Source: an uncultured Bacilli bacterium (lineage in GTDB: Bacteria; Bacillota_I; Bacilli_A; RFN20; CAG-826). From it: a stretch of DNA of 64,000 nucleotides. Below the pieces are notes generated by a model that saw nothing but the letters and a program-made list of their open reading frames with translations, was not told where the DNA came from and did not search any database. Of the stretch, positions 1-11,892 are shown one piece after another. Position 1 is the first letter of the stretch; the number at the start of each line of letters is the position of its first letter. Where the stretch lies: NCBI GenBank assembly GCA_934168325.1, contig CAKPNG010000001.1, forward strand, positions 37,018 to 101,017, read 5' to 3'. Both the position numbers and the translations under genes were made by a program.

Positions 1-1
1 A

Positions 2-3000
2 AGAACTTTAAACTCTGAAACAATTGTAACCAAAACGATTGTTAAGGATAATTCTAATGAGCACGCAAACAATGGTTTCTGTTCTATCGCCCGCGGAAAT
101 GAAAATTATATTAAGGATAATTTCGTTCTAAATTTTGATTATTATATAAATTAGGGACTCATTAATAAGAACATTTTTATAAATGACCTCTATTTGAATA
201 CAAATAATTATTTAGGCTATTATACTGGTTTGAGAAAACTTAATACTGAGCGAGATGGATTGGCTGAAAAACGAGTTCAACTTGCTAAAGCAATTATGGA
301 ATTAACAAGCCAAGAAAAGGTTTATGAAAAAGCTTATCATAGTGCTTTGGATGCTTATAATTTAGCTCGAAATAATTTGAAACTTTATTGCGGTATTGAT
401 TATGAAAATTTTAATGAATATGTGCTGACTACTGATTTAATTAGAGATAGGTCAAAAACCTATTACATAAAAAATTCAGATGGCACTTACTCCTATGCTT
501 TTACTGAAGAAAATATTAATAATGAGTTTGAATATAAGTTAGACCCAAATATTAAATATTATGAAAAAGTTAATGCAAAGCATTATATAAAAACTAACGA
601 TGTCCGCCCGCAGATAAATAAACAATATTTCTATATTGCAGAAGATGTATTTTCTACTTCGGCTTTAGAAGCAATTAGTGAAAACATTTATGATACTACT
701 CTCGATTTAAGTGCGGGCGACGGTAAAAAATATTATAAAGCAACGCCCACGGACTTAATTCAAAAATTTGAAACGGGCACTGATTATTATCGTTATACTG
801 AAACTTATAAAAAAATTAATTAGGCGGATATGATATATAATCAATATTATTATGAAAAAGACGAAAATGGTAATTTTATTGAATATTATCATCGAGCAAT
901 TTTTAGGCCTGGTATTCATACTTACTACGAAAAAATAGTCAGCTATCAAAAAGTTAATACAACAATAGCTCCTGAAAATGACGTAAAATACTATACAAAG
1001 CAAATTGTCAATGGATAGACTACTTTCATACTTGCTAATTTGACTACTTTTATTGACGGTCGCAATTATTATGAAGAAAGTGAGATTGCGAAATACCGCC
1101 AAATTATTGTTGATAAAGTTTCAGATAAAAACACTTATTATCTTTATGATGAAACAACTAATACTTATAAAGAATTAATTCGGTCTGAATCTATGAAGCG
1201 GGCGGACTATTATGAACGCTTATTTACTGATACAATTAAATCTTATATTGCGGAAGTCGGTGTTTATGATTATAATGTTAAAGCTAATTTAGCTCTATGG
1301 ACGCAAGCAAAAAATGATTTAGATAATAAGCAAAAAGAATTTGATAATTTTGGCGAGCGTTTAAAAGAAATTACAGCTCAAAAAGAAACCCTTGACCAAA
1401 AATTTTATGAGAAATATTCACGCTTTATTCAAGAAGGGTCTTGGATTGATGAGAATTATGTAGATGATACATTATACTATCTTGACGCGGTTTCTGTAGC
1501 TCACGATAGTGCCTTCCCGCAAACAACCTATAACATTAGCGTTGTGGAATTAAGTGAATTAGAGGGATTTGAACCTTTCTTGTTTAATGTGGGCGATAAA
1601 ACTTACATTGAAGATACTGAATTTTTTGGTTGGCAAGAAGATGGTATAACTCCTTATAAAGAGGAAGTAGTAATTTCCGCTGTAAGCTGGAATTTAGATG
1701 ATCCTACACAAAATTCAATTACTGTTCAAAACTTTAAGACTCAATGGGAAGATCTATTTCAAAGAATTACCGCTACAACTCAATCTCTACAATACCATAC
1801 AGGTGATTACTCCAGAGCCAGTAATTCTTTTAATACTAATGGCACGCTTGATAGGGAGACTTTACAAAATACTTTTTTTGAAAACTCGTTTGTAATTGAA
1901 AATGCTAAAAATCAATCTGTCGTCATTGATGAACGAGGAATTACAATTACTGATTTAGCAAAAGCTTCAAATATTTTATAGCTGAATAGTAGTGGTTTAG
2001 CAATAAGCAATGATGGCGGAGTTAATTGGACTTTAGGTATTACAGCAAATGGAATCAATGCTTCTGCAATTACAACCGGTTATCTTAATACTCAAGAAGT
2101 TATCATTGGTGATAAAATTAATCCTACTTTCCGTTGGGACAAAGAGGGCATTAATGCTTATGCTCATAGCGGAGCCTATTTTAATGCGAATAAATTTGTA
2201 AGATTCGATTAGTTTGGTCTTTATGGAATTAATAACGCGGGCAATGAAGGTTTTAATCCACTCGTTGAAAGTGAAGAATGGGTTATTGATACTGATAAAA
2301 TCGCAAGATATTTAAAGCCAGTCATTGGTGAAGAAAAAATTTAGGCTGTCGCTGATTTCTCTTTAACTTGGGAAGGATTACAATTTAAATCACAAGAACG
2401 CGATGCAAGCTATATTTCAATTAGCTCTAAAAATGATTTTTAGGTAATTTCGCAAGCTCAAGAACGAATTAAAATTGGTGAATTAGAAAATAATCTTTTT
2501 GGATTGCGTTTAACAAATGAACAAGGATATACCACTTTAAAGACCACTGATAAAGGTGAGTTAATTTTAAGTGGTTACATGGAAATTAATCCAAGCTATT
2601 CCGATTATGTAATTCCTTATCAGTCAAGAGTCGTGTTGGGTAATCGCGGGCGGTATGAACCACGATATAGTGATACTGAATTTAGTTTAACTAATGATAC
2701 GCAAAAACAAGAACATCCTTATTATAAATTAGTTGAGAGCGACGGATATTTTTATTATGTGGAAGTTGAAGATGCTGATTGGGGGGATGTGGAAAATCCT
2801 AATCCTTCTGAAATGGGCTTCTATGAACCTAATATAAAATATCAATTTAGTAAAATTTTTAGCGTTTTTAACTATGACGAAAAAGCCGAACCAGCTTTCC
2901 AAAGGCTGGATGAAGAAGATCCTATTTTATATATTACTGATGATGGATATTTATTTGCTCAAAATGCTGAAATATAGGGCCGTATTGAAGCTACTGAAGG

Positions 3001-5224
3001 TTATTTAGGTAATTAGAATGTAATTATTAATAAAACAGGTATTTCTATTTACAAGTCTAATGATACTTTTAAATCTGACCCTGTTTTCTATATTGATGAT
3101 AGTGGTAATGTAGTATTTAAAGGTAAATTAGAAGGTGCAACTGGTACTTTTTCTGGAGATTTAAAAGTTCTTAGATTAATTGTTGAGAAGAATCAAAATG
3201 AAATGGTGTTAAGTAGCACTAACACTTATGCTGAAATTACCCAACCTACTACATTGGAAAAAGCATATGGCTACTATTATGAGCCGAAAGCAGAAACTAG
3301 CTATACGGGTATAGGCCCTTATGAAACTACAAAAGATTTATCTCTTTTCTTAAAGCCTGAAAGTGGAGAAGATAATCGTGTTCTTAAAGATTATTGGTTC
3401 TTTGATAAAAAACCACTTTATCAAAAGGGATTTTATAGTTCTACGTTTTTTGATAGTAGCCAAAAATTAGGCTTCTTTATTGACCCAGAAACGGGTGCTA
3501 TTATTGCCAATCAAATTAGTTTAGGTTCAGCGAATTTAACAGAAAAACTTACACTTGGCGCTATTACCGGCACACCCGCTTATATTTATAATCCTGACAG
3601 TTATGAAAATAAGGTAATTGAAAGCGGGGCTTTAATAATTTATAATGATGGCAGAGCAACGTTTGGAGACACTTTGACGTTAAAAAAGGATTATGCTTAG
3701 TTTGGTTTAATTACCGTCGATGGAAAAAATTCTACTATATCTGGCATAAATCCTTATATAAATGGTATTAATGCCTGGACAATTGGCGTTGATCGAGATT
3801 TAGGTGGATTTGGACGCTTTAATTAGCTGACGGCAAACGCATTAAATGTAGAAACTGCGGTATTTGATACTGCATCGGCTCGACTTTCGGGCGGTATTAA
3901 TGTCTTTAAAAACGGTGTTTTAATTGAATCGGTTTCTTTAATTGAAAACCGCCCAGGGCATTATTTAGTTAAGTGTAAAGATAGCACCGCTCTGACTAAT
4001 GTAGCTTTAGATGATGTTGTATTTTTAACAAAAGAAAATATTAGTATATCTGAGCGTTATTCTAATGGAATGTATGGTACAATTACTGATGTTTATTAGG
4101 ATGAAAAATCTGGTTATTTTGAAGTTTTTTCTACTAATGCATTATCTGCACTTGATTTTGACTTTGCTTTAGTCTTAGGCAAAAAAACAAATACAAACAA
4201 ATTAAAAGAATGGATTATTGGAGTCAATGCAACAGCTCGTGATATTGATGCTTTAGGATTGAGGAAAAATTCTATTAGTTTTACTTCGGTTAAAAAAGAA
4301 GACGGAACTCTTAAATTTACTGATGAAGTTATTATTGGACAAATTCCTTTAAAAGTAATAGATCCTACGACTTATGCCACAAGTGAAGAAACAACTTCCG
4401 GTTTATATGCGACATCGGTATTTTTGACAGGAACTTTAACTACCCGCTATAATTCTGCTACTAATTAGAAATATGCAGGCATTAATACCTTAAGCTCAAC
4501 ACCATTTATGATTGAGCGAATGAGAGACAATGATACTAGTCCTATTGTCTTTTGGGCAGGCGCTGAAAGTACAAATTTTGAAGATATTCAAAAAGCTCCG
4601 TTCCAAATTAGTTCTAATGGTTCTCTTTACGCAAGCCAAGGATATTTTACTGGGTCGATTATCACTGATACTACAATTGAAGCTTCGAAAATCATCGCCG
4701 CGACTATTTTTGGCCGGGAGGATGGAAAAGCTTTAACAATTCAGGATGCTGATATTGGTATAGATTTTAATGATAGTGAAGGCAAAACTATCTTTTAGGT
4801 TGCTCGTGACCACTTCTATATTAATGAGGAAGTTAATAAAATTAATATTCCATCTATACATTTAACTAATCCAGAGTTAGCTTTTAAAGAAAATAGCATT
4901 TATATAGATTCGAGTAATATTTATTTTGGCAATATTTTAGAAAAAGTAGCAGGCTCTCATACAGAAGATGAGTTAAAAAATACTTTTTATTTAGAATCAG
5001 ATAAATCTGATTATTTTAATTGGGCAATTAAATTTGATAATAAAGTGGATGAATTACAATTCACTTATCATAATTTAATTTTAGCAAAAATGGCGAAAGA
5101 AGGACTAACTACTACTGAAAATTTCTATGTTAATAAAAATGTTCATTATAGTGATAAAGCAATTTTAGCTTAGAGATTAAATAAAGATAAATCAGTTGTT
5201 GGTTATGACTTATTTATTGAGTAA
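2..5224 (+). CDS. Giant virion structural protein (tail/host-interaction-like), 5'-truncated at window edge; requires about 25 in-frame TAG codons to be read as sense
   Basis: Listed ORF fragments 194-823, 830-1018, 1040-1981, 2504-2977, 3203-3700, 4259-4468 and 4508-4798 all lie in frame 2 and are separated only by TAG. I read the gaps codon by codon and found no TAA or TGA. Frame 2 is open from nt 2; the first TAA is at 5222-5224. Confidence 0.7.
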
Positions 5225-5239
5225 AAGGAGTAATAGTTA

Positions 5240-7687
5240 ATGAAATTTGAAGTAAAACATATATACGATAGCACGGTGGCGGATAAAAACGCCATCGTGG
5301 CTAACGCTTTACAATTTAATATAGTTGCTGGCTCTGATATAGAAACAACGCCATCAACTGCTAATACCTATAAATTTTATTATGGAGAGTCTACAGAAAC
5401 CGCAGAACCTTTTTTAATTACTAATTAGTTATCTACTAACTATTATTTTAAAAAAGATTAGTGGGAGAGTGAGAATACCTTAACTTTAGAGAGCGGAAAT
5501 AGATATTTTGACTGTGATAAATTAACTATTAAAGTATTTTTGCCTGCGACACAAGAACCACTTATTCTATCAACTGAACAAGAAAAAACACAAGAAGAAA
5601 ATCTTTCTTTAAGGCCTGAATAGGCAAAACTTGTGGCTTGGGTGTCTCCTTTGGTTTTAGTTTAGAAAGAAGGAGACTTTGAACGGCCCGCGAGCGTAGC
5701 TGAACTTGCTCAAAATTATGCTTTAAAATTAACCGCAATTAATTTAAGTATTAGTTCAACTAATTAGGAGTTTTCCCAATGGTCGCCAAAATTAATTAAC
5801 TATCATTATTGGTTAAATTAGGCCACTGATCAATATATTGATATACCAATCGCACCTCTTGCTTTTCCTTTAGAAATTGGGCATATAAATGAACAAAATA
5901 TTTTAGATAATTTTTCTTTTAATTTTACGCTTACTTTAGGGAAAAAAGATTAGACAGATTAGATTACCTTGTTAAATTTAAAAGGTAGATATTTAATTGT
6001 AAATCAAGGGTACTTATTTTTATAGCCTGAAATAGCGGATAATAATACTTATAAAATCATATAGACGAGTGCTAATAATGGCGAAACTTTAATAGCTTCT
6101 CATATTCAAATATAGGAAGCTAAGTTTTCAGAATTAATGTCTGGTTTATCTGCGGGCCGTGAAGATTTATTTGATTATCATATTTATTTAACAGTTGAGG
6201 ATTCTGAGAAAGACTCGAAAGTTGCGGGAGTCCAAGATTTTCAATATTTGACAACATTAAATTTGATATTTAGGGAAAAACCTTTTTTTAAAGGTAGGTT
6301 TAAAAATACGGATTTAACATGGACCTTAGACAAAAATGATTTAACAAATTATTCCTGGCACGATTTAATGAGTCCTCAATAGATTGTTGGTGATTATTTT
6401 TATAATGCGGGGGTTTCATTTAAATTTAATTTTGATAATGCAATGCCATAGTTATGCGGACAAAATTTGTAGAAATATGTCCTTTATGAGAGTGATGACC
6501 GCGGTATTCATTATTATAGACTATTGGAGCTTGATCCTAGCAAAGATAATTCAAATGAAGCTATTTATACTGTTATAAGACGTTCTGCCGCGGCGAATAT
6601 TCGTTATGGAATTGGTATTATTACAATAGACAAAAAGGGCTATTTATTAGAAACACCATTTGATAATATTTTAAAAATTAATTTAACATTGCCAATTGGA
6701 CGCATTTCAACGCCAATTGCACTTATTGATAATTGTATTGCTGATCAAATGGTTTTAAAACCACAGTTAAAAATTGTGGATTATGGTGGTAATAACCAAA
6801 AGGATTCTAATATTAGCAAATTGCCAAGTTTAGCAGGCTATTTTGGTTAGCAAGTAAATTTATCTTGCACAATTGAATTTGAATATAGTCAAAATAAAAA
6901 ATTTTTAAATTCCAAAAAAGTTACACAAATTATTACTTTAACAGAAGGCCAATCTTATTAGTCAATTAACTGGTCTAATTTATTTGATTAGAGCGGTTTG
7001 CCACTAGCTGATGAATCTGATTTATCTGCAACGCTTTATTTACGGGCAACACTGAGCTTTGTCTATGGTTGTCAAGATAACATTGATTTACTTATTTGTG
7101 AAACCCCAATTTATACTCATTTTGGGTTAAAGCAATTGCCAACAGTGTCCTATTTAAAAAATTAGATTGGTATTAATACTCCGAACTTAGCTAATAATGA
7201 AGTAATTGGAATTACTTCAACAACAGATAAAGCATTAATTCGTTTGTTAAATGGAAGTGAGCATTACTCTTCTCTAAATATTAATACTCGCAATTTACAA
7301 GAGTTTATAATTAATTGTGGAAGTTGGGATGATGCTGAATTTGGTTATACTAATTTTTAGGTCATTTCAAATTTATTGCAAGATGGTTCACCGCAAATTA
7401 TGAAATATGAAGCAGTTGAAGTTCCTGATATAAATGACACAACAGCAGTAGAAGCTTTTGAAGCCTTATGGAATTCATAGACTGACCTTTATGTTCGAGT
7501 TCAAGAATATGATGTTAATGGTAATTTAATTAACCGTGTAAATTATTCTAAAATTTATTTGAAAAAAGGCCATGACTGGAAAGAAGTATGTAAAGGTTTT
7601 ACTACAATTTATAAAATTACAAATAACCTATCTTATGGATGGTTTTATGATAAATCCCATTCAAAATTTACAGTTGTATAGGAGTAA
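5240..7687 (+). CDS. Large virion structural protein, TAG-recoded (about 815 codons)
   Basis: RBS aaggag precedes ATG 5240. Fragments 5240-5428, 6137-6382 and 6524-6850 plus unlisted short fragments are all frame 2, joined only by TAGs. Ends at TAA 7685-7687. Confidence 0.65.
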
Positions 7688-7702
7688 AAGGAGGAATAAA
7701 AT

Positions 7703-8569
7703 ATGGCAGATTATCAAAGTAGCTATACTGGTTCCGTTATTGACGAAGCTATTAGCAGAGCCTTAACTTTAACAAAATTAGATGGAACAGTATTAGAAAA
7801 TTAGAATGAAACTTATGTTGTTGTGGCGTCTAAAAAGGATGGTAATTTTTCTTATCATCCGCTTAAGTTTAGTCAAATGCCAGTTTAGGTTGTCCCGAAA
7901 GAAGAAGGATCGACAATAACATTTCAATTATTTACTATAAACGGGCGAGGCCCAGAGGAAAACAATCCTGGAGCTTATGTTCTTGATGCGGGCCGTATTC
8001 CTTATGCCGAGACCTTGACTGATGACCTTACGTTAAGAACAAATTCTGTATATTGGCATTTAAAAGATGTTATAGGCCGTAGTAAAACTACAGAAACTAA
8101 TTTAAGTAATCATATTGATAATAAACTCTTATTAAATGAATTGAATAAATTAGCGGAAAATGAGACAAAATTTTATCATATTGAGGGTAAAGTGTGTTAT
8201 AAATGGAATGATAGTATTGATAATGCTGATGAACATATAGCAGATAAAACTATACATTTAGCTCAAACAGATAGAGACTTATTAGCTGCTTGCCAAATCC
8301 ATTTAAATGACATAACTAAGACGGATAGTCCATTCCAATACCATTTAAGCGGAACTGACCGCACTTTTTTAACGAATCTTCAATCTACTGGAACAAATAG
8401 TATTATTGCAATACAAAATCAACTTGAAACTAAAATTGATACTGCTTTTGAAATTGGTTCAGTTCCCACTAACCAAAAGAAATTATGGATTGATACTGTT
8501 AATAATGTTTTAAAATATTATAACCCAACGAAAAAGGATTGGGTAATCGTTCCTGTAGCCTATTCGTAA
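7703..8569 (+). CDS. Virion-associated protein, TAG-recoded (288 codons)
   Basis: RBS aaggagga then ATG 7703. In-frame TAGs (e.g. GAA AAT TAG AAT). Joins listed ORF 8015-8569. Ends in TAA. Confidence 0.6.
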
Positions 8570-8570
8570 T

Positions 8571-8599
8571 TTGACTTTTTTAGAAATTTATGCTATAAT
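8571..8599 (+). promoter_or_regulatory. sigma70-like promoter TTGACT-N17-TATAAT
   Basis: TTGACT at 8571-8576 and TATAAT at 8594-8599. Same architecture recurs at 22487-22514(-), 33294-33323(-), 40266-40294, 47297-47324, 52135-52163, 56004-56032(-) and 60079-60108. Confidence 0.55.
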
Positions 8600-8638
8600 A
8601 AAATTATAAAAGAATAAAGAATAAAGGAGTTTAAATAA

Positions 8639-9022
8639 ATGAAAATTAATGATTTGCTACAATTAAGTGCGGTTTATCAAAGAATTGACGCAGGAACGAC
8701 TGAAATTCCTTTTAAAACAGCTTATAAATTTGTTCAATTAAAAGAAGCTATTGAAAAGCCTTTAACATTTTACCAAGAACAAATGAATAAACTGATAGAG
8801 GAATATGCACAAAAAGATGAAAATGGTCATTACAAAATGACAGAAGATAGACGAGATGTTTTAATAGTTGAAGGAAAAGAGCAAGAATGCCATGAAAAAG
8901 TTATGGAGCTTGAGGCTTGTGATTTTACAATTCCTGATATTACTTTTTCGCTTGATGAACTTGCTACCCTTTCTGTAAGTCTTAGCGAAATGACTGCCTT
9001 AATGCCATTTATTCAAAAATAA
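8639..9022 (+). CDS. Hypothetical protein (127 aa), no TAG
   Basis: Intact ORF with RBS aaggag, lying between a promoter upstream and a terminator downstream. Confidence 0.6.
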   Translation: MKINDLLQLSAVYQRIDAGTTEIPFKTAYKFVQLKEAIEKPLTFYQEQMNKLIEEYAQKDENGHYKMTEDRRDVLIVEGKEQECHEKVMELEACDFTIPDITFSLDELATLSVSLSEMTALMPFIQK

Positions 9023-9048
9023 ATTTATATAAAAATGATAAAAATTTA

Positions 9049-9090
9049 GGACTAGGGATTTTTAAAATAATCCTTAGTCCTTATTTTTTT
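9049..9090 (+). terminator. Rho-independent terminator
   Basis: Stem GGACTAGGGATT/AATCCTTAGTCC followed by a T run. Confidence 0.7.
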
Positions 9091-9140
9091 ACTTAATTAT
9101 GAGAAGGGAAAAAGAAAAAAAGTTCTTTTGAGGTGATTTT

Positions 9141-9473
9141 ATGACAAATATTCCATATAATTCAATGCCATCTTTTTAGGCATAGCAATATTTCCCCACG
9201 CCATAGGGCAACGTTTATTTTATTAATAATTCATTAGAAATGGCAAATGTTCCTATGGGAAATAACTTATCTTTAGCAATTTGTATGAGTGAAGGAGTAT
9301 TTTATATTAAAACATTACAAAATGGGACTCCAACTTTAATGGCATATTAGTTTAGTGCTTATGAACCAAAAAATGCAGTTCCGCAATCAACTACAAATTT
9401 TGAAGAACGACTTAAAAAAATTGAAGAAGCAGTTTTTCCTAAAAAACAAACATTAGGAGGTAAGTTAGAATGA
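9141..9473 (+). CDS. Small protein (110 codons) with 4 in-frame TAG
   Basis: RBS tgaggtga then ATG. Reads MTNIPYNSMPSF*A*QYF... ending ...EERLKKIEEAVFPKK... Ends at TGA, which overlaps the next ATG. Confidence 0.4.
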
Positions 9474-9667
9474 TGAATATGAATATGCCGATGCCTAATT
9501 TTCAAGGAGGCCCGCAAAATAATTTTAATCAACAACAGTTTATTATGGGACTTTCTCAATTAAATCAGCAAACTTTAAATGAATTAATTTCACGAGCAAA
9601 ACTATAGGGAATAAGTGAATAGGACATTTAGGCAGGCTTAAATTTTATTAATTAGTATAGAAGATAA
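9470..9667 (+). CDS. Small Q/N-rich protein (65 codons) with 4 in-frame TAG
   Basis: RBS ttaggaggt then ATGATGAAT. Ends at TAA 9665-9667. Confidence 0.4.
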
Positions 9668-9717
9668 GTTTAACTTATCTTTTTATATATAAAATTTTTT
9701 AAAAAGGAGATGTTAAT

Positions 9718-10401
9718 ATGGGTGATTTATCTGTTGCTGATGCAATGGCATTAAGCAGAAGAGATGACGACTATGGTGGAGGTTGGTTTAATAATCCATT
9801 TATTTACCTCGTATGGATGTGGGTTATGCGTGCTTTTAATGGCGAGAATGGCGGAAATGCTTTAACTCAGGCGGAATTATTTGATGGTCTTGGCCGTCAA
9901 GACATTTTAGGCAATCAAAGAGAAATACAGCAGGCTTTATGTGGCCTTGGCAAAGAAGTTGCAACTGGCTTTGGCAATACGAGATATGATAATTTAAATA
10001 ATACTTTTTCTTTGCAGTCCGACATTAATGCGGGCTTCGCTGGTGTAGAAAGAGGCCTGTGCGATAACCGTTTCGCTCAGCAAGAATGTTGCTGTGCTAC
10101 ACAACGAGCGATTGATGGCGTTCGTTCTGAAGCTTATAAAAATACTTGTGATATTACTACTGCAATTCATGCTGAAGGTGAAGCTACTCGTGCTTTAATT
10201 ACCGAAAAAACGATGCAGGAACTCCGTGATAAATTGGCTGATCGTGATCGGGATTTACTTTATGCAAATTTCCAAAATTCCCAAAATATGCAAAATTCTT
10301 ATTTAGTGGAAACATTACGTCCAATAGCTAAACCTGCGTATATTACTTGCAGCCCCTATCAGGCTTCGACTCCTACTTGTGCCGGCTGTCAAACCTACTG
10401 A
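9718..10401 (+). CDS. Hypothetical Cys-containing protein (227 aa); GC-richer and TAG-free, possibly an abundant virion protein
   Basis: Intact ORF with RBS aaaaggaga. Local GC about 40% against about 33% background. Confidence 0.6.
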   Translation: MGDLSVADAMALSRRDDDYGGGWFNNPFIYLVWMWVMRAFNGENGGNALTQAELFDGLGRQDILGNQREIQQALCGLGKEVATGFGNTRYDNLNNTFSLQSDINAGFAGVERGLCDNRFAQQECCCATQRAIDGVRSEAYKNTCDITTAIHAEGEATRALITEKTMQELRDKLADRDRDLLYANFQNSQNMQNSYLVETLRPIAKPAYITCSPYQASTPTCAGCQTY

Positions 10402-10431
10402 GTTATCGCTATTAAGGAGAGGTGATAACCT

Positions 10432-10842
10432 ATGTATAACACGACAAATACGACACAGCAGACTGTCGCGACTGATAGTTTAGTTAATTTAGGTTCTTCT
10501 ACATTAAGTTGTTGTAAAATTGCTCATGATGCTGGTTCGTCTGATGTAGCAATTAAAGCTTCTGGAAATTATTTAGTTTTGGTAAATATGGATGTAATTA
10601 CAGCTGGCACAACTGGTAATATTATAATGCAACTGTTTGGAAATAATAATTTAATTAGTGGCGCGCGTGCTACTGTTAATTCTGCAACAGCTAATGGTAT
10701 TGAAAATATTAGTTTTCAAATGCCTATTACTGTATTACCTAATTGTTGTGCTATTCGAAATAATTTACCACTTGTTTTAACTATAAAAAATTTAGGAGTA
10801 GATGCCACAGTATCTAATGTGTCATTTACTTTAATTCAATGA
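10432..10842 (+). CDS. Hypothetical T/S/N-rich beta-type protein (136 aa), TAG-free
   Basis: Intact ORF with RBS aaggagaggtga. Confidence 0.6.
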   Translation: MYNTTNTTQQTVATDSLVNLGSSTLSCCKIAHDAGSSDVAIKASGNYLVLVNMDVITAGTTGNIIMQLFGNNNLISGARATVNSATANGIENISFQMPITVLPNCCAIRNNLPLVLTIKNLGVDATVSNVSFTLIQ

Positions 10843-11138
10843 GAGTAATTAAAGTTTTATCCAAGCAGATTGAGGAAGAACTAGAAGACTCAAACAAATA
10901 TATTGACAGCGCTTTAACTTATAAAACTTAGTTTCCGAAATTGGCTGAAACCTATATTGAATTAGCTAATGAAGAAATTGGCCATGCCGAACGACTTCAT
11001 AAACAAGTAGTTAGCTTAATTAGTGAAATTCAAATAGAAACACCTAAATTTATGCAAGAACTTTGGGAAGAAAAACATATTGAACTAATTACAAAAACAG
11101 CAGAGTTAAAAACAAAAATAGAATTATATAAAAAATAA
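10839..11138 (+). CDS. Hypothetical protein (99 codons) with 1 in-frame TAG
   Basis: ATG overlaps the upstream TGA (ATGA). The listed ORF 10941-11138 extends upstream through one TAG to this ATG. Confidence 0.5.
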
Positions 11139-11143
11139 AAAAG

Positions 11144-11180
11144 GCTGGGAGTATTTTTTACTCCCAGCTTTCTATTTTAT
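11144..11180. terminator. Bidirectional intrinsic terminator
   Basis: Stem GCTGGGAGT/ACTCCCAGC flanked by T-rich runs on both strands. Confidence 0.65.
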
Positions 11181-11892
11181 ATACCTTATTAAAAGTGTGC
11201 GAAGCATAATAACCAATACCTACGGCATCAGCTTCATCTTCTGATAAAGACACGTCATATTTATCTTTTGCTAATATTTGCATAGCTCTTTTGCGATCTG
11301 TCCGCGTTTTACCTTTAATTCCACAATAATTCCGCCAAGTCGCTGTATGACAAATTTCATAAGGAATTTTTAATTGGTAAACAGTATTAATTAAAACCCC
11401 TTGAAGCCAAGCCAGTTTTTGAAAAACTATCACACCCATTTGACGATTTTCACTTTTATCCTAAAGCTATATTCCTTCAAAAGCAATTAAGTCAGGTGAG
11501 TAATTAATAATCATTGAGTTCAGCCAAACTCTAATTTGGTTAATGCGGTCATCGTCATCACCACCGCCGGCTTCAAATATACCATATTTAACTAATTGTT
11601 CATTATCAAAAATAGCCCAGCCCGTTAAATGGCTTGCCTAATCTAATGCTAGTGTTCTTTTAACTCCTCTCGGCTTTGAAACAATTTCTTTTGTCATTTG
11701 CTTTAACTAATTCTATTGACAAATTGGACAAAAACGTTTATCTCGCTATTTTTTCCAAGTAGAGTAAACTTTATGTCCTTCATCGCACTCAAACACTAAT
11801 TCACTATCTAAATTCTTATATTCTTGAGAAATTAATTTCCATTTGTCCTATGTCAAAGTTTCTTTAATTTGCTCAATTGTTATTTTACTCAT
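11158..11892 (-). CDS. ruvC: RuvC-like Holliday-junction resolvase with N-terminal zinc ribbon; 7 in-frame TAG
   Basis: The C-terminal part is listed ORF 11158-11439 (..DEADAVGIGYYA). Extending upstream through TAGs gives MTKEIVSKPRGVKRTLALD*ASHLTGWAIF...IAFEGI*L*DKSEN, a RuvC N-terminus. Further upstream lies a zinc ribbon (FECDEGH...CPIC). The ATG at 11892-11890 overlaps the dUTPase TGA. Confidence 0.65.
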
